From positions 65,262 through 129,261 of the forward strand of contig CBFFRP010000271.1 in assembly GCA_965644295.1 (NCBI GenBank): DNA of 64,000 nt, written 5' to 3'. Under the pieces are notes generated by a model. It did not search any database, was not told the origin of the DNA, and saw only the letters and a list, made by a program, of their open reading frames with translations. A program made the translations under genes and the position numbers. Of this stretch, positions 27,095 through 39,457 are shown one piece after another. The DNA comes from Paraphysomonas bandaiensis (lineage: Eukaryota > Protista > Chrysophyceae). The stretch's first letter is position 1, and each line of letters starts with the position of its first letter.

Positions 27095-28269
27095 CTTCTG
27101 ATGATACAGGTACAGAAAATTACAATATATAAATGAACAAAAAATATGGTACATTTATTTATGGATAGACTTACCATTATGTCCACTTTACCATTTCTAG
27201 ATTTCTAAAGTGAGTGTGTCGCCCAGTTTACGGCGCGATATCATTTGTATGTGTGTGTCTATGCTACAAACAGTACTTTAGGATTATTTTCACTGCACAT
27301 CAGAGAGGAGGTCTCTGTGATGTTCACGAATCAGGATCGTATAGCTTCTCCTGAGAGATGTGCAGTAGAGATGTGGTACAAAGTTCAAATCATAGCGAAA
27401 TTATATTATGTGTAGTTATGTAATTGGTAAAACAACTGATACCAGCCAAAACCATCTTCACACGGTGTTTACCATGGTGACTACACAAATACTATATTCT
27501 ACTTAGTATTGTCATATTCCGACAGTGTGTCCACAGAGTGTAGATTCGCTGGTACACTACATATAATACCAAAATTTTGCGCGGATTCTACGTAGTCGCA
27601 AACGGTATCTCTCGTGACCATGCATGACTCAGTATAAACGTATAAACCTAGTATAGAGAATAGAGTACCCTAGTAAATGCTAACATAGGAATGCCAACTA
27701 TATTGATTAATCGTAGAATATCGTGAAATATACACACACTAATAAAACAGAATACTATAAAACAAGCAAGCAATGCTATATAGCTTCTCTTCTTTCAGTG
27801 TATGAAACTTCATAGCAAGATAACCTATGCATTCCGGGATCTGGTTAGCATAGTAGCTGAATGGGGATGGTATCCACTCAATAAGGGTGAATGTAACATA
27901 TCTCGGAGCGTGATAAACCAATAAAGCTTTATTTCTACTATGTACTGTTGTATGTAGTATGTAGTGTATTGTTATAGTGCTATATCCATCCGTATGTTTC
28001 ATCTACGTACTATAGTATGTATGAACAGAAATATATCGGTATGATATGGAATGAAAAAAAAATGATTAATTAATAATTGAGGTAACTTGGCATACATGGT
28101 AAATGGTGAATGATATTAAAATATTCTTGTAAGTAAGAATTCAGCCATATGCAACACAGATATAATTGTCTGTGTTTGGATCGATTTGTCAAATAAATAT
28201 ATAATTCTGTACAATAATAAGATCACAATTCGTAGTATCCAAATAGCGATAATAGTTGGGTTCGATGTC

Positions 28270-29037
28270 TCACTTCGAGCGCATAGATCCAGAAGCATCC
28301 AGTAGGAACAGAAAGTCCACCGGGTTCTGTCTCAGTCCCACGGTCTCACGGACACGGGCATACGCCGCCTGAGCACCTCCTGCGCGGCTGATCTGCCCGA
28401 CATCAATGGAGACTCCCTGAACCACCTGCAGGGCGATGAGAGGCATGATCATATGCAGGGCACCTGCATCTCGAGCGGGCAGGTACATAGACCCACTTTG
28501 AGAGCAGAGTGACTTTAGCTGTGTTTCTTGACAGGCTGATCCGAGCCCAATGACGAAACAGAAGTTGTTAGATGGTGCGTTGAATCTCTGTAGGATCTGG
28601 GCGGCATCTTTCAAAGTCTGCTTGCTGCCATTGTCACCACCGTCAGTTAAAATCACCAGCACCCACGGTCGTGATCGGTCTGCAGTAGTGATGTGTTGCA
28701 AGACTGAGACCACAATAGAGTCCCAAAGATGAGTACCACCGCTCTCTTTGTCGTTGGTCATTCTGCAGCATGCAGCAAGACCCATCATTGCCATATCCTC
28801 CGATTGTAGGGAGACAAGAGGCTTGTATTGAGTATGGAACCCCACCACAGTACAGCGGTCCATTCTAGTCATCGTTGAATGGAGGAACTGAGCCATACTT
28901 TGAGCTGCCACGGCAATTCGAGAATCAGATGCCACGCCTAGGGCAGTCATCCCAGTGGTTCTTGTCACAGTAGTAGTTGCGGGAGTTTTCCTGGCTGGCG
29001 TATTGCCACATGTAGTTGATGATGAAGAGTTTCCCAT
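28270..29037 (-). CDS. Circularly permuted vWA-domain protein with N-myristoylation motif (dispersed copy)
   Basis: MGNSSS start. vWA elements DRCTVVGF, GGTHLWDSI, VLVILTDG and FVIGLG, with beta1/MIDAS VDFLFLLDASGSM at the C-terminus. Homology to the array unit spans ~27688-29205. Confidence 0.88.
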   Translation of the reverse strand: MGNSSSSTTCGNTPARKTPATTTVTRTTGMTALGVASDSRIAVAAQSMAQFLHSTMTRMDRCTVVGFHTQYKPLVSLQSEDMAMMGLAACCRMTNDKESGGTHLWDSIVVSVLQHITTADRSRPWVLVILTDGGDNGSKQTLKDAAQILQRFNAPSNNFCFVIGLGSACQETQLKSLCSQSGSMYLPARDAGALHMIMPLIALQVVQGVSIDVGQISRAGGAQAAYARVRETVGLRQNPVDFLFLLDASGSMRSK

Positions 29038-29336
29038 TGCTTTGAGTTGTGTTTGTGGAGAAGAGTTATGTATGGAATGGACGGATGATTTGGATTTGCA
29101 GACAAAATCAGAAATGTCCGCATATTCTTCAAAAAAATATCTTCATGGCGAGAATCTGCCGGCTGTACGACCGTAGTATACATTGTACACAGCAGTATTC
29201 CGTTGAGGAAATATCCCATCAATTCCTTCACGCACATACATACCCGCACAGCAAGTCATTCGTATCATTGTAATAATATAACATACACATCATCCTGTGC
29301 TCAGTATAACTCTAATTCCTTTTTGTTGAAACGTAA

Positions 29337-30326
29337 ATGGGTGAGCGAATAGCATTTTCAACTGATGGGTTTTCTGTGGTCGTTTGTCGTCATCCAAATG
29401 GAAAGTTTCTTGCTGTAAATGAGTGTCGAGGGAGAGGCTGGTGGCTCCCTGCTGGTCATGTAGATGCTGGACAGAATTTTGTACAAGCAGCCATAAGAGA
29501 GACTGAAGAAGAGGCTGGGATTAATATCATTCTAAAAGGCGTATTAGCTGTTGAGCATAGCCTCATGTCATCAAAGTCTGCTAGAATGAGAGTTATATTT
29601 TATGCAGAGCCGTCAGATCCTAACCAGGCCCCAAAGAGCATACCTGATGAAGAGTCATTAGGTGCAGAGTGGTTGACACTGTCAGAATTAAAAGAAAAGG
29701 AAACTAAACGAGTTCCTCAAGGTCTTCGTGGAAAAGAACTACTCAAATGGGGAACGTATGTTGCAAATGGAGGATTTATTGCCCCAATCAGTGTTGCAGA
29801 AAATGGACACTATGATGGGTTTTTCCGAATCGAGAATGATGGCCCTAATGAGGCAGTTTGGAGTGTATTTCGACCTGTTAGTGATGTTGTAACAATTGCG
29901 ACCACGCAACCGACGAATGTGTCAGAAACTGATGATGCTAGAACATTAAGAAAAAAATTGCTGCAAGAGGGAGTTAATGCTAACGCAGTATTATCTCACA
30001 AGCAGTGGACTGCGTTACACTATGCGGTTGAACAAAGTAGCATAGAAAAAGTCCGGATGCTACTTTTGGCAGGGGCTGACCCCAATGCCCCAACACATAA
30101 TCTCCGTACACCTCTTCATTTTGCAGCAATACGGGGTAATATCACGATAATTCGTATGTTATGTATCGCTGGTGCTAAACCTGATGTAGCTGACAGCAAT
30201 GGGATGACCCCAGCAGTCTATATGCAACGAAAATTGCAAGAGGATGCAGATACACTATCTGAGGACGTAAGAAGAGGTTATGCACAGATAATGTCCCTGT
30301 TTCCGGATGGAAATTTACTAGTGTAG
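29337..30326 (+). CDS. Nudix hydrolase (NUDT18-like) + ankyrin repeat protein
   Basis: Nudix box WWLPAGHVDAGQNFVQAAIRETEEEAG. Ankyrin repeats WTALHYA...LLLAGADPN and TPLHFAA...GAKPD. Confidence 0.9.
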   Translation: MGERIAFSTDGFSVVVCRHPNGKFLAVNECRGRGWWLPAGHVDAGQNFVQAAIRETEEEAGINIILKGVLAVEHSLMSSKSARMRVIFYAEPSDPNQAPKSIPDEESLGAEWLTLSELKEKETKRVPQGLRGKELLKWGTYVANGGFIAPISVAENGHYDGFFRIENDGPNEAVWSVFRPVSDVVTIATTQPTNVSETDDARTLRKKLLQEGVNANAVLSHKQWTALHYAVEQSSIEKVRMLLLAGADPNAPTHNLRTPLHFAAIRGNITIIRMLCIAGAKPDVADSNGMTPAVYMQRKLQEDADTLSEDVRRGYAQIMSLFPDGNLLV

Positions 30327-31928
30327 AGTGAAATCTCGAAACACATATGCATATTTATAACTATGTAACAACCAGTTTAAGTAATAATAATATGGCATAA
30401 TAAGGAAATAATGCCTACATATTTGTCACATATTGATATACTATTTTGTAGTTTGATGTATTTTATGATTTACGATGACTTCTTACTAAATGTTTTCTAC
30501 AGCAATTACCAGTAGCTAAATGCCGTAATAATATTGTAAGGGTGAATGTATTACATTGCAATATATATTGTGATAAAGGTCACTGACATATATATGTATT
30601 GTTGATGAACGCTGGAGTCGAGCATATTTATGAAAAAACAGTCTTTCGTTTGCTAAAAGATAAACTGCAGAGTTATTCGCAATATATCATTTACCATCCT
30701 GACTGAAATTAAACAACTTGATAAATAATTCTCTCTATTTTGTTTAAACCTGTTGTTGTTTCTACAGGACAGTCATATCACCACGGAGATGATATATAGC
30801 TCTATAGCACCCCGGAAAACGGTCGGTAAACTTAGAATTTAATCTTAGGATATGCAATAATATAATTGCCCAGTGTCCATAAATTACTCAAGTTAGTGAA
30901 TGTCTTATTACTAGCAATAGGTGTATAAGAGTCAGAACTAATGTAGTAAAACAATATACTAACAAGTGCTTAACTATGATATCCTACTATATTTAGCGCT
31001 ACAGCTGCTTGTGCGTCACCAAGGTAAATTAACACAATATTTTAGCAAGAGCACCAACAAATACTCTGCAGAAACTGTGGAAACGTAATCCTGATGTGAC
31101 CCAAACCATGGGTGGACTGAGAGCCACTGCGCCACTGCTCCTATATTATTGGTATTGGATATTATATTATGCTATAAAGAAATAAATATTTTTAAGATAT
31201 TGTGCCTCCTCAATTCTCCGAATAAATTCTAAAAATGTTCATAAAAATCTACAGCGACAGTGCGCATTCATAGTGGTAAAAATATTGGAGTTAGAAAATA
31301 GTACCTCAAATTGCATACTTAGCGAATGAAATTTCCTTGGCACTTTGGATGATAACAATCTTACTCCAGTACAGTTTCGAGAGCACAAAACGATGCAGCT
31401 CCGAAAATTCTGGTAGCTGACGGGCTTGGTGTCGGAGTGCTTGTGTGGTACAAGGGGCACTGATATAAGTGTCACATGTGTAAGACGTTTTTGGTATTTG
31501 GTCCTTGATTATGGAACTGGGCCTACCTCAAGGGCATTTAGGGTATTGGGCTGCTTGGTGAAGTCAAGCATCCGTGCTGTTCACTCTAAGAACTCAAAAA
31601 TCCTGAAGTTAGCAGATGTCAGGTATATCAATATTCCGCTTGCTCACTGCGTTTGCTTTGAGTGATAGCGCGAAATTGGTTGCACCTTGTTGGTACTTGC
31701 GGTGACGCACAAGAGACTTTCGAAGCGTTAGTTAATTTCAGGGATAGGGAAACATATATTACAATACTATTGTTAGATAGCGTTCCATCAATAGTATTGA
31801 TGGAGTTTTTAAACCGGCCCTACAATACTATTACCATATATTAGTATGACTAATCAGTAAGTAAATACATCCGTAGTTTTTAGTAGTACTTGTCATTATA
31901 AGGTCTAAGGTCACTTGATAATCAAACC

Positions 31929-32724
31929 CAGGGCTAGGAAACAATATATTGAATTGCAATACATTGTACAATATATTGCAATATATTGTAAAATATATTG
32001 ATTGGTCGACCGGCCAAAAATCCCATCAATATTGACTGTTAAAGTATCTCACAATATATTGCAATATATTGCAATTAATATTATGATAGTCATATAAGAG
32101 AAGATTCCCAACTGTAGCGTGCAAAATGGATATAAATAACAGAGAAATTGATTACAACTTTACAGAGGATGATGAAGCTGATGTTGACTATGCGACTAAA
32201 AATCTTCAGTCAGCTCAAAAAATTAAGAAACGTACTGATCCACGAGTCATTAACGGTTACCAGGCCCTGGTATGTACTTCCAATACATGGGAGCGTCTGT
32301 TCAGCGCAGCTAAACATATTATATCAGTGTTTCGCTAACGTATCCATCCTACTTAATATGTTGTTGTTTCTGAAAGCAATTCGACAGTTGTGGCCGAATA
32401 CTAGCATATTTCAATATATTTTGTGGATGTATATGGCGATGTTGACGTCACCGCTGATGGCTCAGAGGATGAGAACTAGGTGGATTTTTATTAGCTATAA
32501 GCAGTAGTTGGTTTGCTTGTCATGTGATCTTAATGACTAATACTAAAAATGGAATCTACGGATGTGTTTACTTACTGATTACTCATACTAATTTATTGCA
32601 ATACATTGACAATATATTGCAATATATTGTAATTGTATTGTTGAGCCTGTTTAAAATCTCCATCAATAGTATTGATGGAACGCTCTCTAACAATAGTATT
32701 GCAATATATTGTTTCCTAGCCCTG
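31929..32724 (+). mobile_element. Non-autonomous hAT element (second family)
   Basis: TIRs CAGGGCTAGGAAACAATATATTG...CAATATATTGTTTCCTAGCCCTG. 8-bp TSD ATCAAACC. hATC relic CTSNTWERLFSAAKHI. Confidence 0.92.
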
Positions 32725-33254
32725 ATCAAACCCATTACTCTTAACTAATTAAAGTTTTCTCATACTCATCCTCTGAGTCATTTGTATAGTTACGATTTGT
32801 AGTCTGTTATTTCACCTAATTTGTAATTTAGGTGGCACCACACATCACACTATCTATTATGAGCGATATTATCTAGTTAGTTATTGACACTACTCAACGA
32901 GAAAATACTGGAGCTGAACTGCTAACTAGGACAGATATTACGATGTGCAAGTGAGATATACATCGGCCAACATAATCAAGCACGAATACTGTAAAACACA
33001 TTGAAGTGATTTGCATTGTTAGCAGATTATCAAGCACACGTTACACATAATGCCCAATATAGTACGCTGCGCTTCAGTATCTTTTCTCAACACGATTGTA
33101 AGGTGAACGCACCAAAACAAGTAATGAACACCACAACGACACAAAAACAGCTCACATATCATGTTTCTGTTACGTATGTGGAAGTGATGGTGCGAAGTGG
33201 TGATAATATAGTAGCTTCGAAAAGTGGAAGCCAGAGTAAGACATCCATCTCTCA

Positions 33255-34761
33255 TCAGTATCCTTCCTGCTCTTCCCCTCCTGCTGTCAACCCCTGTATT
33301 ACGACCAGTATATATATGAAATAAGTAAGTCAGACGAGAGTATCACATACATTTCCGCCGTGATATCCACCTGCCGCAAAGTTGCCGTTCTGTCCAGATG
33401 GGTAGTGGTGGGCCTAAAGGAAATACGGTATCAGAGATATAGAGAGGGATTAACTCAACTACCAGGGAGACAACTGGTTGCGTGGGGTTGCGGGCCTTGT
33501 ATTTCGTGTAATTGTTTCCTAGACCGAACAATTCTCCGCGGAACCTAAACGACAGCAGCGATAAGCAAAGCATCCCGGATAATATGCACATGTACCAAGT
33601 ACACTATATCCTTCTAACAACAAAGTACGTACCTTTTTTCATCCCAGTTTTCACCCATGTGCTTCTGCACAAATGAGAAAAAGGTACTGGCAGTTAGCAA
33701 GGAGTCGCTACCAGCCTGATGCATCGGGCCTAATCTCTCCACCTGAAAAGGACATGTTCACACATGGAGTATACGCAGTTGAAGCACACGAATACAATAA
33801 AAACCAATTCCAGATAACATGTAACTAAACCATGTACCTGTAGCCCTTCGGCAAGAGCATTGAGCCCGCCATGCATACCCTCCACGGCAGTCATCATAAA
33901 CTAAATGAGACCAGTCAGTTTGTACAAGAAATATATATAAAAGCAACGTATAAACGAGATCGGCTAGCACCTTGATGTCGTATATACACGGGAAGTATAT
34001 GTACAGTAGCTCAATAAAGGCAGTTTCATCAGTGGGCAGATCCTCGCAGGTGAGGGTCTTAAGGAGGTAACCGAAATCGTATCCCGAATGAAAGGATACC
34101 CACTTTACATCTTCGGTAAGGATAAGGCCAGACATCATCATCAACTCGCCAAAGCGCGCTACATCAATGCCACATTCGGCGAATTTTTGGAAATCAATTC
34201 CGGAGGCTTTGAGGAGATCAATACTGTCTTGTGCAAACATGTCGTCCCTGAAAGAAACAGAGCTTATATAATACGCAAAGAATAAACCAGAATTCACGTA
34301 CGCTAAGGAAAATTTAAAGTTGAATTGCCAGCAAGAACACCCAGGAGCAAAATTTCCTTTCTCGTCGGTGAAGGACAGACCAAGCTGGATTAATTTAAGC
34401 ATGTCCACATTACACCGCAATGTCTACACATAATTTGTCAACCCCATTTTAGATCAAATACAGATTTAAAACCTGATACTGATAATCGTTAGCACCAAAT
34501 TCACATATTGGCCGTGCGACAACGCCTGGAAACTCAGTGTCCTACAAAAGTAGAGTGTGAGACTAACAGCTCAACATGACTGCATATAACGTATCATACC
34601 ATAGCGACATAAGGGTAATCCTCAATTATATTACGAATATTTTCCATTTCTTCTTCTAGATTAGAAGCCCATACGTCGCGTATTTCAACGCTATGGCCAT
34701 CTGCTGCGACAAAATGACCCAAGGCATCTACTGCCGGAGCTTCAGTCTTATCTTCTGTCAT
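33255..34761 (-). CDS. CAF1: CCR4-NOT deadenylase subunit CAF1/POP2 (CNOT7/8), multi-exon
   Basis: IRDVWASNLEEEM...YPYVAM|DTEFPGVVARP, RCNVDMLKLIQLGLSF, WQFNFKF, SFHSGYDFGYL, FPCIYDIK and MHQAGSDSLLT. Confidence 0.93.
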
Positions 34762-35280
34762 TACTCACGCATACCAAATGAAATAATGCTACGAGGGCTA
34801 TAATCTATTAATTACAGGGAATTAAATGATTCCTTTCACTTCAATTAACTACTTCTACACTGCACAGTGTTTGTTGATATGCGTCTTGTGGAAAGGGCTT
34901 CCTATAGGGTTGTTTGTAGTATAATTCCCGGGTATTTACTATACACAGAGCCACACCAACACACATAAAGCAGAACATATATTTTTTCAAAACTGAAATC
35001 TGTGTTATCCATTAAAGATTCCACATCCCCAACAAACAGGAGGAGCAGCAGCTAGTACATTTTTTTTTTTGGCGGAAAAAAATAAAAAATGCTTGTATTT
35101 ACATAAATTAGTTGACAACTGTATCCTTCCACTGTAGTGTGCTGTGTATATATATAGAGAGAGAGACGGATGTGTGCTTCCATAACGATCATATTGTACT
35201 AACACTATCTGTCGAATAGTCTTTCTTCGACATATATATATATATATCTGCATAGTATTTCTGAGTATTTCTTTCTTAAT

Positions 35281-38200
35281 ATGACTAGTATTGGAGGGGA
35301 TTGGGTGTCAAATATTGACCCAAGCAGCGGGTGTCCTTATTATACAAATACTGTGACGGGAGAGACCTCATGGGACTACCCAACTGAACTAGGTGGTAAT
35401 GTCTCTCAGGGAGGGCAATGGATTGAAACATATGATGAGTCATCTGGATCATATTATTATCTTAATGATGTAACGGGAGAATCGACATGGGAGAAGCCGG
35501 AGAATTATGTACCAGCTAGCGGCGCTGGTGTGGATAATGCTGAGGCAGAGGAAAATCCCGCTAATTGGACATCTGGTGTAGATAATGGCAACACATGGTA
35601 TTATAATAATATAACGGGAACCACTCTGTGGGAGCGACCTGCTTGTCTTGGCCCTGTGGAAGCCACTGAGCCTCCTGCCCCAGTGGCTGAAGTCGAGGAA
35701 CCCGCTGAGGTCACTCCTGTCCCTGCTGTGAAGAGAGCGTCGGTATTGCCTCCGCCCGCCATAAAATCAAGCTCAGCAACAACATCTTCCACGGCGGCCA
35801 CAACTGAAGATAGGCCAAAATCTATCAAGCGCGCATCATTTCAACCACCTCCTGTTCTCCCTAAGGCTGCCACGGAGAAGACCCCTATTGTTCTTCCTAC
35901 AGTGAATGTGCAGCAACGGCAGGCTGAGCTTGCAGCTATCCCGGAAGAATCCTCTTTGCGATCATCCATAGGGATAAGTGAAAATGAAGCTTCAGCGATA
36001 GGTAGTGTTAGTGATATGAAGAGCAAGCTGGGCGCTGTGCCAATGCGCATGCCAGGACAGCCGGTACCCCCTGGTGATGGTACAGGTGTGTAATATATTA
36101 ATATTCTTGAAACTGGAATTAACACAGTTGGTGCTAATTTCATGTATTAAAGTAAATTGTTATATATTTGATACACCTATTATTGAAAAAGTCTAATGAT
36201 ATGTGATATAATAATTTAGACACTCCTGTCAATGCAGCAGATACTCCTCCCCCTCCGCCAGCTCCCCCTGTAGCGGATCCTGCACCATCTGTCAGTTCAT
36301 CAGGAACTGCTCCCCCCCCTGTCGATCCCCCAAAGCCCACCTCCAGGAAGAGTAAACAGCAGTCCTTCGCTGCACTACGTGCCCTTGAGAGTGTTGACGA
36401 AGAGAGTGAGACTACTACAACCGGTACTATATTTTTTTTTGCTGATGGATTGATTCAGTTCTTTGTCATGAATGTTTTGCGCAGGTGGTGATGCAAGTAT
36501 GATCGAAAAACCATCGATGGCTGTTGCCAATGAGTATGTTACGAATAGCAGTGTGACTTCAGTTCTTACAGAACGTAGCATTCATCGTCTTATATCTAAA
36601 GACGATAAGACCACTGAGGAATTGATTGCTCAGGTAAGAATAGAATATGCAAGTTGGTGTTACTATAGAATACCCCAAGGGCGTTTGTCGTCACAATGTG
36701 TATATATGAATGACTTGCTTGTAGGTTGCTGGTTTAACGCTCGAGCAGTATGGCGAAAAGTTTTTCAATTTTGACCGAAAAGGAGTCTTCAAGAGTCGCA
36801 CCACAATCGACAAGCTCCTTAGCTGGAAGAGCGAACTCATAAAGACCTCCCTACGAGTCCTTTCCTCGGAGATGGTCACTGGTAAACAGATTATATCTTG
36901 CATATGTTAATTTCATGCTATAAACATGATTCTTATATGTGTGCGTATAGAGGCCGTGCAACTCTTTAGGAACGTTACGGGGTATATGGGAGATCGAAAC
37001 AGGTATACATATATGATGTGGAGAGCACATTCCGTAGTGCATACCTTATATATGGTTTTAATCAGTGTATCTGTATATTTGTAGCGCTAAAGCTCCCACT
37101 GACCACGCCTTTAAAATCTTGAACCACATGATGCTCGCCCCAGAGGAGCTCCGAGATGAGCTCTTCTGTCAGCTGTGCAAGCAAACGAACAACAACCCCG
37201 ACCCAGTGTCCTGTGAGAAAGGATGGCAACTGATGATGATATGTCTGGCTATTTTCCCCCCAAGTTCAGACTTGATGCCCCATCTGATGGCGTATTGTGC
37301 TTCAAAATTGCACAGCGATGTTCCCAATGTGGGTAACTTTGCAGAGATATGCTTACACAGGTGACTGCACTGTATACCTGTGAATCACGTTGCAACCCTG
37401 ACCATTTTTCCTGCTTCCAGAATTCCAAAGATATGCCGCCTTGGGCCTCGACGTGAACTACCGACTAAAATTGAATTGGAGGCCATGAAGCGTGGTGGAA
37501 CAGTGTGTGTCCGAGTATTTTTTCTGGACGATAAATACTGTATCCTCCGAGCTGATTCGTGGACTACCGCACGAGAGACGGAAGACACTCTCGCGAAGAT
37601 ATTGAACATAGCCAACGATAAACCGTTCTCATTGTTTGAGGTTAGCACTGGAGAGGAAGAGAGAGTCCTTGACCCTGATGAAAGAATTCTTGATTTGGTG
37701 TCATTTTGGCAAAGAACCGAACTAGAGGATATCGCGAAAGTCGGAAAAAGTGAGGCGTTGTTCTGCGGCCGTGTAATATGCTAACCCGTACCATTGCTTT
37801 CAGGTGCTACTATTGAGGAATTCAAGTTCCAATATAAGGTGGGCTTATTTTATGACGTGGAGGATAGTGATACTTCAGCCATTGAGCTAATGTATGTACA
37901 AGCCACACATGATGTCGTGGATTCACGCTACCCCTGCTCTGAGCAAGATGCCATTACCCTGGCGGCGCTGCAAATGCAGGAAGCATTCGGGGACTTCCCC
38001 TCGAGTGGGGAGTGTTCTTTCTTAAAAGGGAAGTTGGGTCTGTACCTCTCATCGCGTCTAATTGAGCAGTTCCCTGCCGCAGAACTTGAGGAGAAGGTAT
38101 ACAAGCTATACAAGAAATTAACTGGGTACTCTCAGATGGAGGCTAGACTCAGTTACCTAGATTACGTAAAGAGCTGGAAGATATACGGTTCGACGTACTT

Positions 38201-38468
38201 CTTCGCTGAACCGCAAAATAATAAAGATTTACCCCGGGAGTGTGTACTGGCAATAAATAACAAGGGAATTCTTGTTGTGGATCCTAACTCAAAAGAGTTT
38301 CTCGCAGAATATGATTATTCGAATGTGGTCACGTGGGGCCACTCGGCGAACTCATTTGTCGTAGTAACAGGATCGACAAATAGGCAGATTAAAATGTATT
38401 TCAAGACTGACCAAGGAAAAGAGATCAACAATATGGTTCGGTGTTATGTTGAAAATCGTATGGCATAG
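35281..38468 (+). CDS. 3xWW + proline-rich + MyTH4 + FERM protein without a motor domain, multi-exon
   Basis: Three WW motifs (W...YY.N..TG.T.W..P). MyTH4 LRDELFCQLCKQT.NNP...KGWQLM..CLAIFPPS. FERM QDAITLAALQMQ, YLDYVKSWKIYGSTYF and YSNVVTWG. Confidence 0.9.
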
Positions 38469-38849
38469 TGCGCTGTTTGAGATAATGTTTATCGTTAAGG
38501 GGTTATGAGGAAGTATTGCCCCAGTCTCGAGTGAAGTTTGTTGGTGCGTGTATATCTAAATGAGCTCATACTTCTGGGCATGCGATGTGTTCATTAGATT
38601 TCATCCTTTGGATTCAAGTGCCCAATTCTGTGTATGACATAATAATACAATGTTGTTTTGAGTCTCAGCTTAATATATCATGAAGATTCTGTCCTACGTT
38701 GTACATTGATATGTGTGCAACGTATATATAAATTATATCGCTTAGTCATAAATATTCCATCATTTATAGGTAGATAAACTTCTTATTATATTAGTCTTCT
38801 GTCCCAAGAATCTTACTCACATCGCGTACACAAAGTATATATTTAATCG

Positions 38850-39430
38850 ATAAGCGATATGAGCGATAATCTGGTACCAGCTGCGAACTCTGAATAATGC
38901 CCGAAAGCTCCATTTATAAAACAAGATACCAGGTGGGCTCCACATTTGCCATGAGTGACTGCTACTTGCTTCTATCTTATCATTTGCGATTATGCGAGTT
39001 TGATTCCGACGTGTTAAGTCTAAAGTCTAATACCAAGTGAAATGGTGCACACGAAGCTCATTAAATTACGGGAGGAATCGAAATTGTTTCACCTAGTGTC
39101 CTTACATTAATTACAGAAGGAAGGTGATCACCTGCTTGACTTCCACGACGTTTGCATATTGTTTGACAAACTCATCATAAGGCCCCCGATTGTCGAGCGT
39201 CATGTGGGCAACAATGCTGCTATATTATTCATAACGCTGCTTTCGGAAAGGCAGTCGTGAAGATTCAATGCGGCAATGAAGCCATTTTGCTTCGGACGGA
39301 AAAGGATCAAATTAATATTGTTTTGCTCGATGAGGATGAATAAGATGATGACAGCAAGAGTTAAATTCAGAATGACGACGCAGAGTAACGTTTGATGGTA
39401 GCAGACAGTGGAAGCAAGCACGTCTTAACC
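38850..39430 (+). pseudogene. Degenerate hAT transposase relic
   Basis: Broken frames give DTRW..., DVCILFDKLI and IHNAAFGKAVVKIQCGNEAILLRTEK, which parallel ARQLFDMLL...SIVASANFEK in the element at 7.7 kb. Confidence 0.6.
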
Positions 39431-39457
39431 GCAGCATGAAGCACATGCATGCCACAA

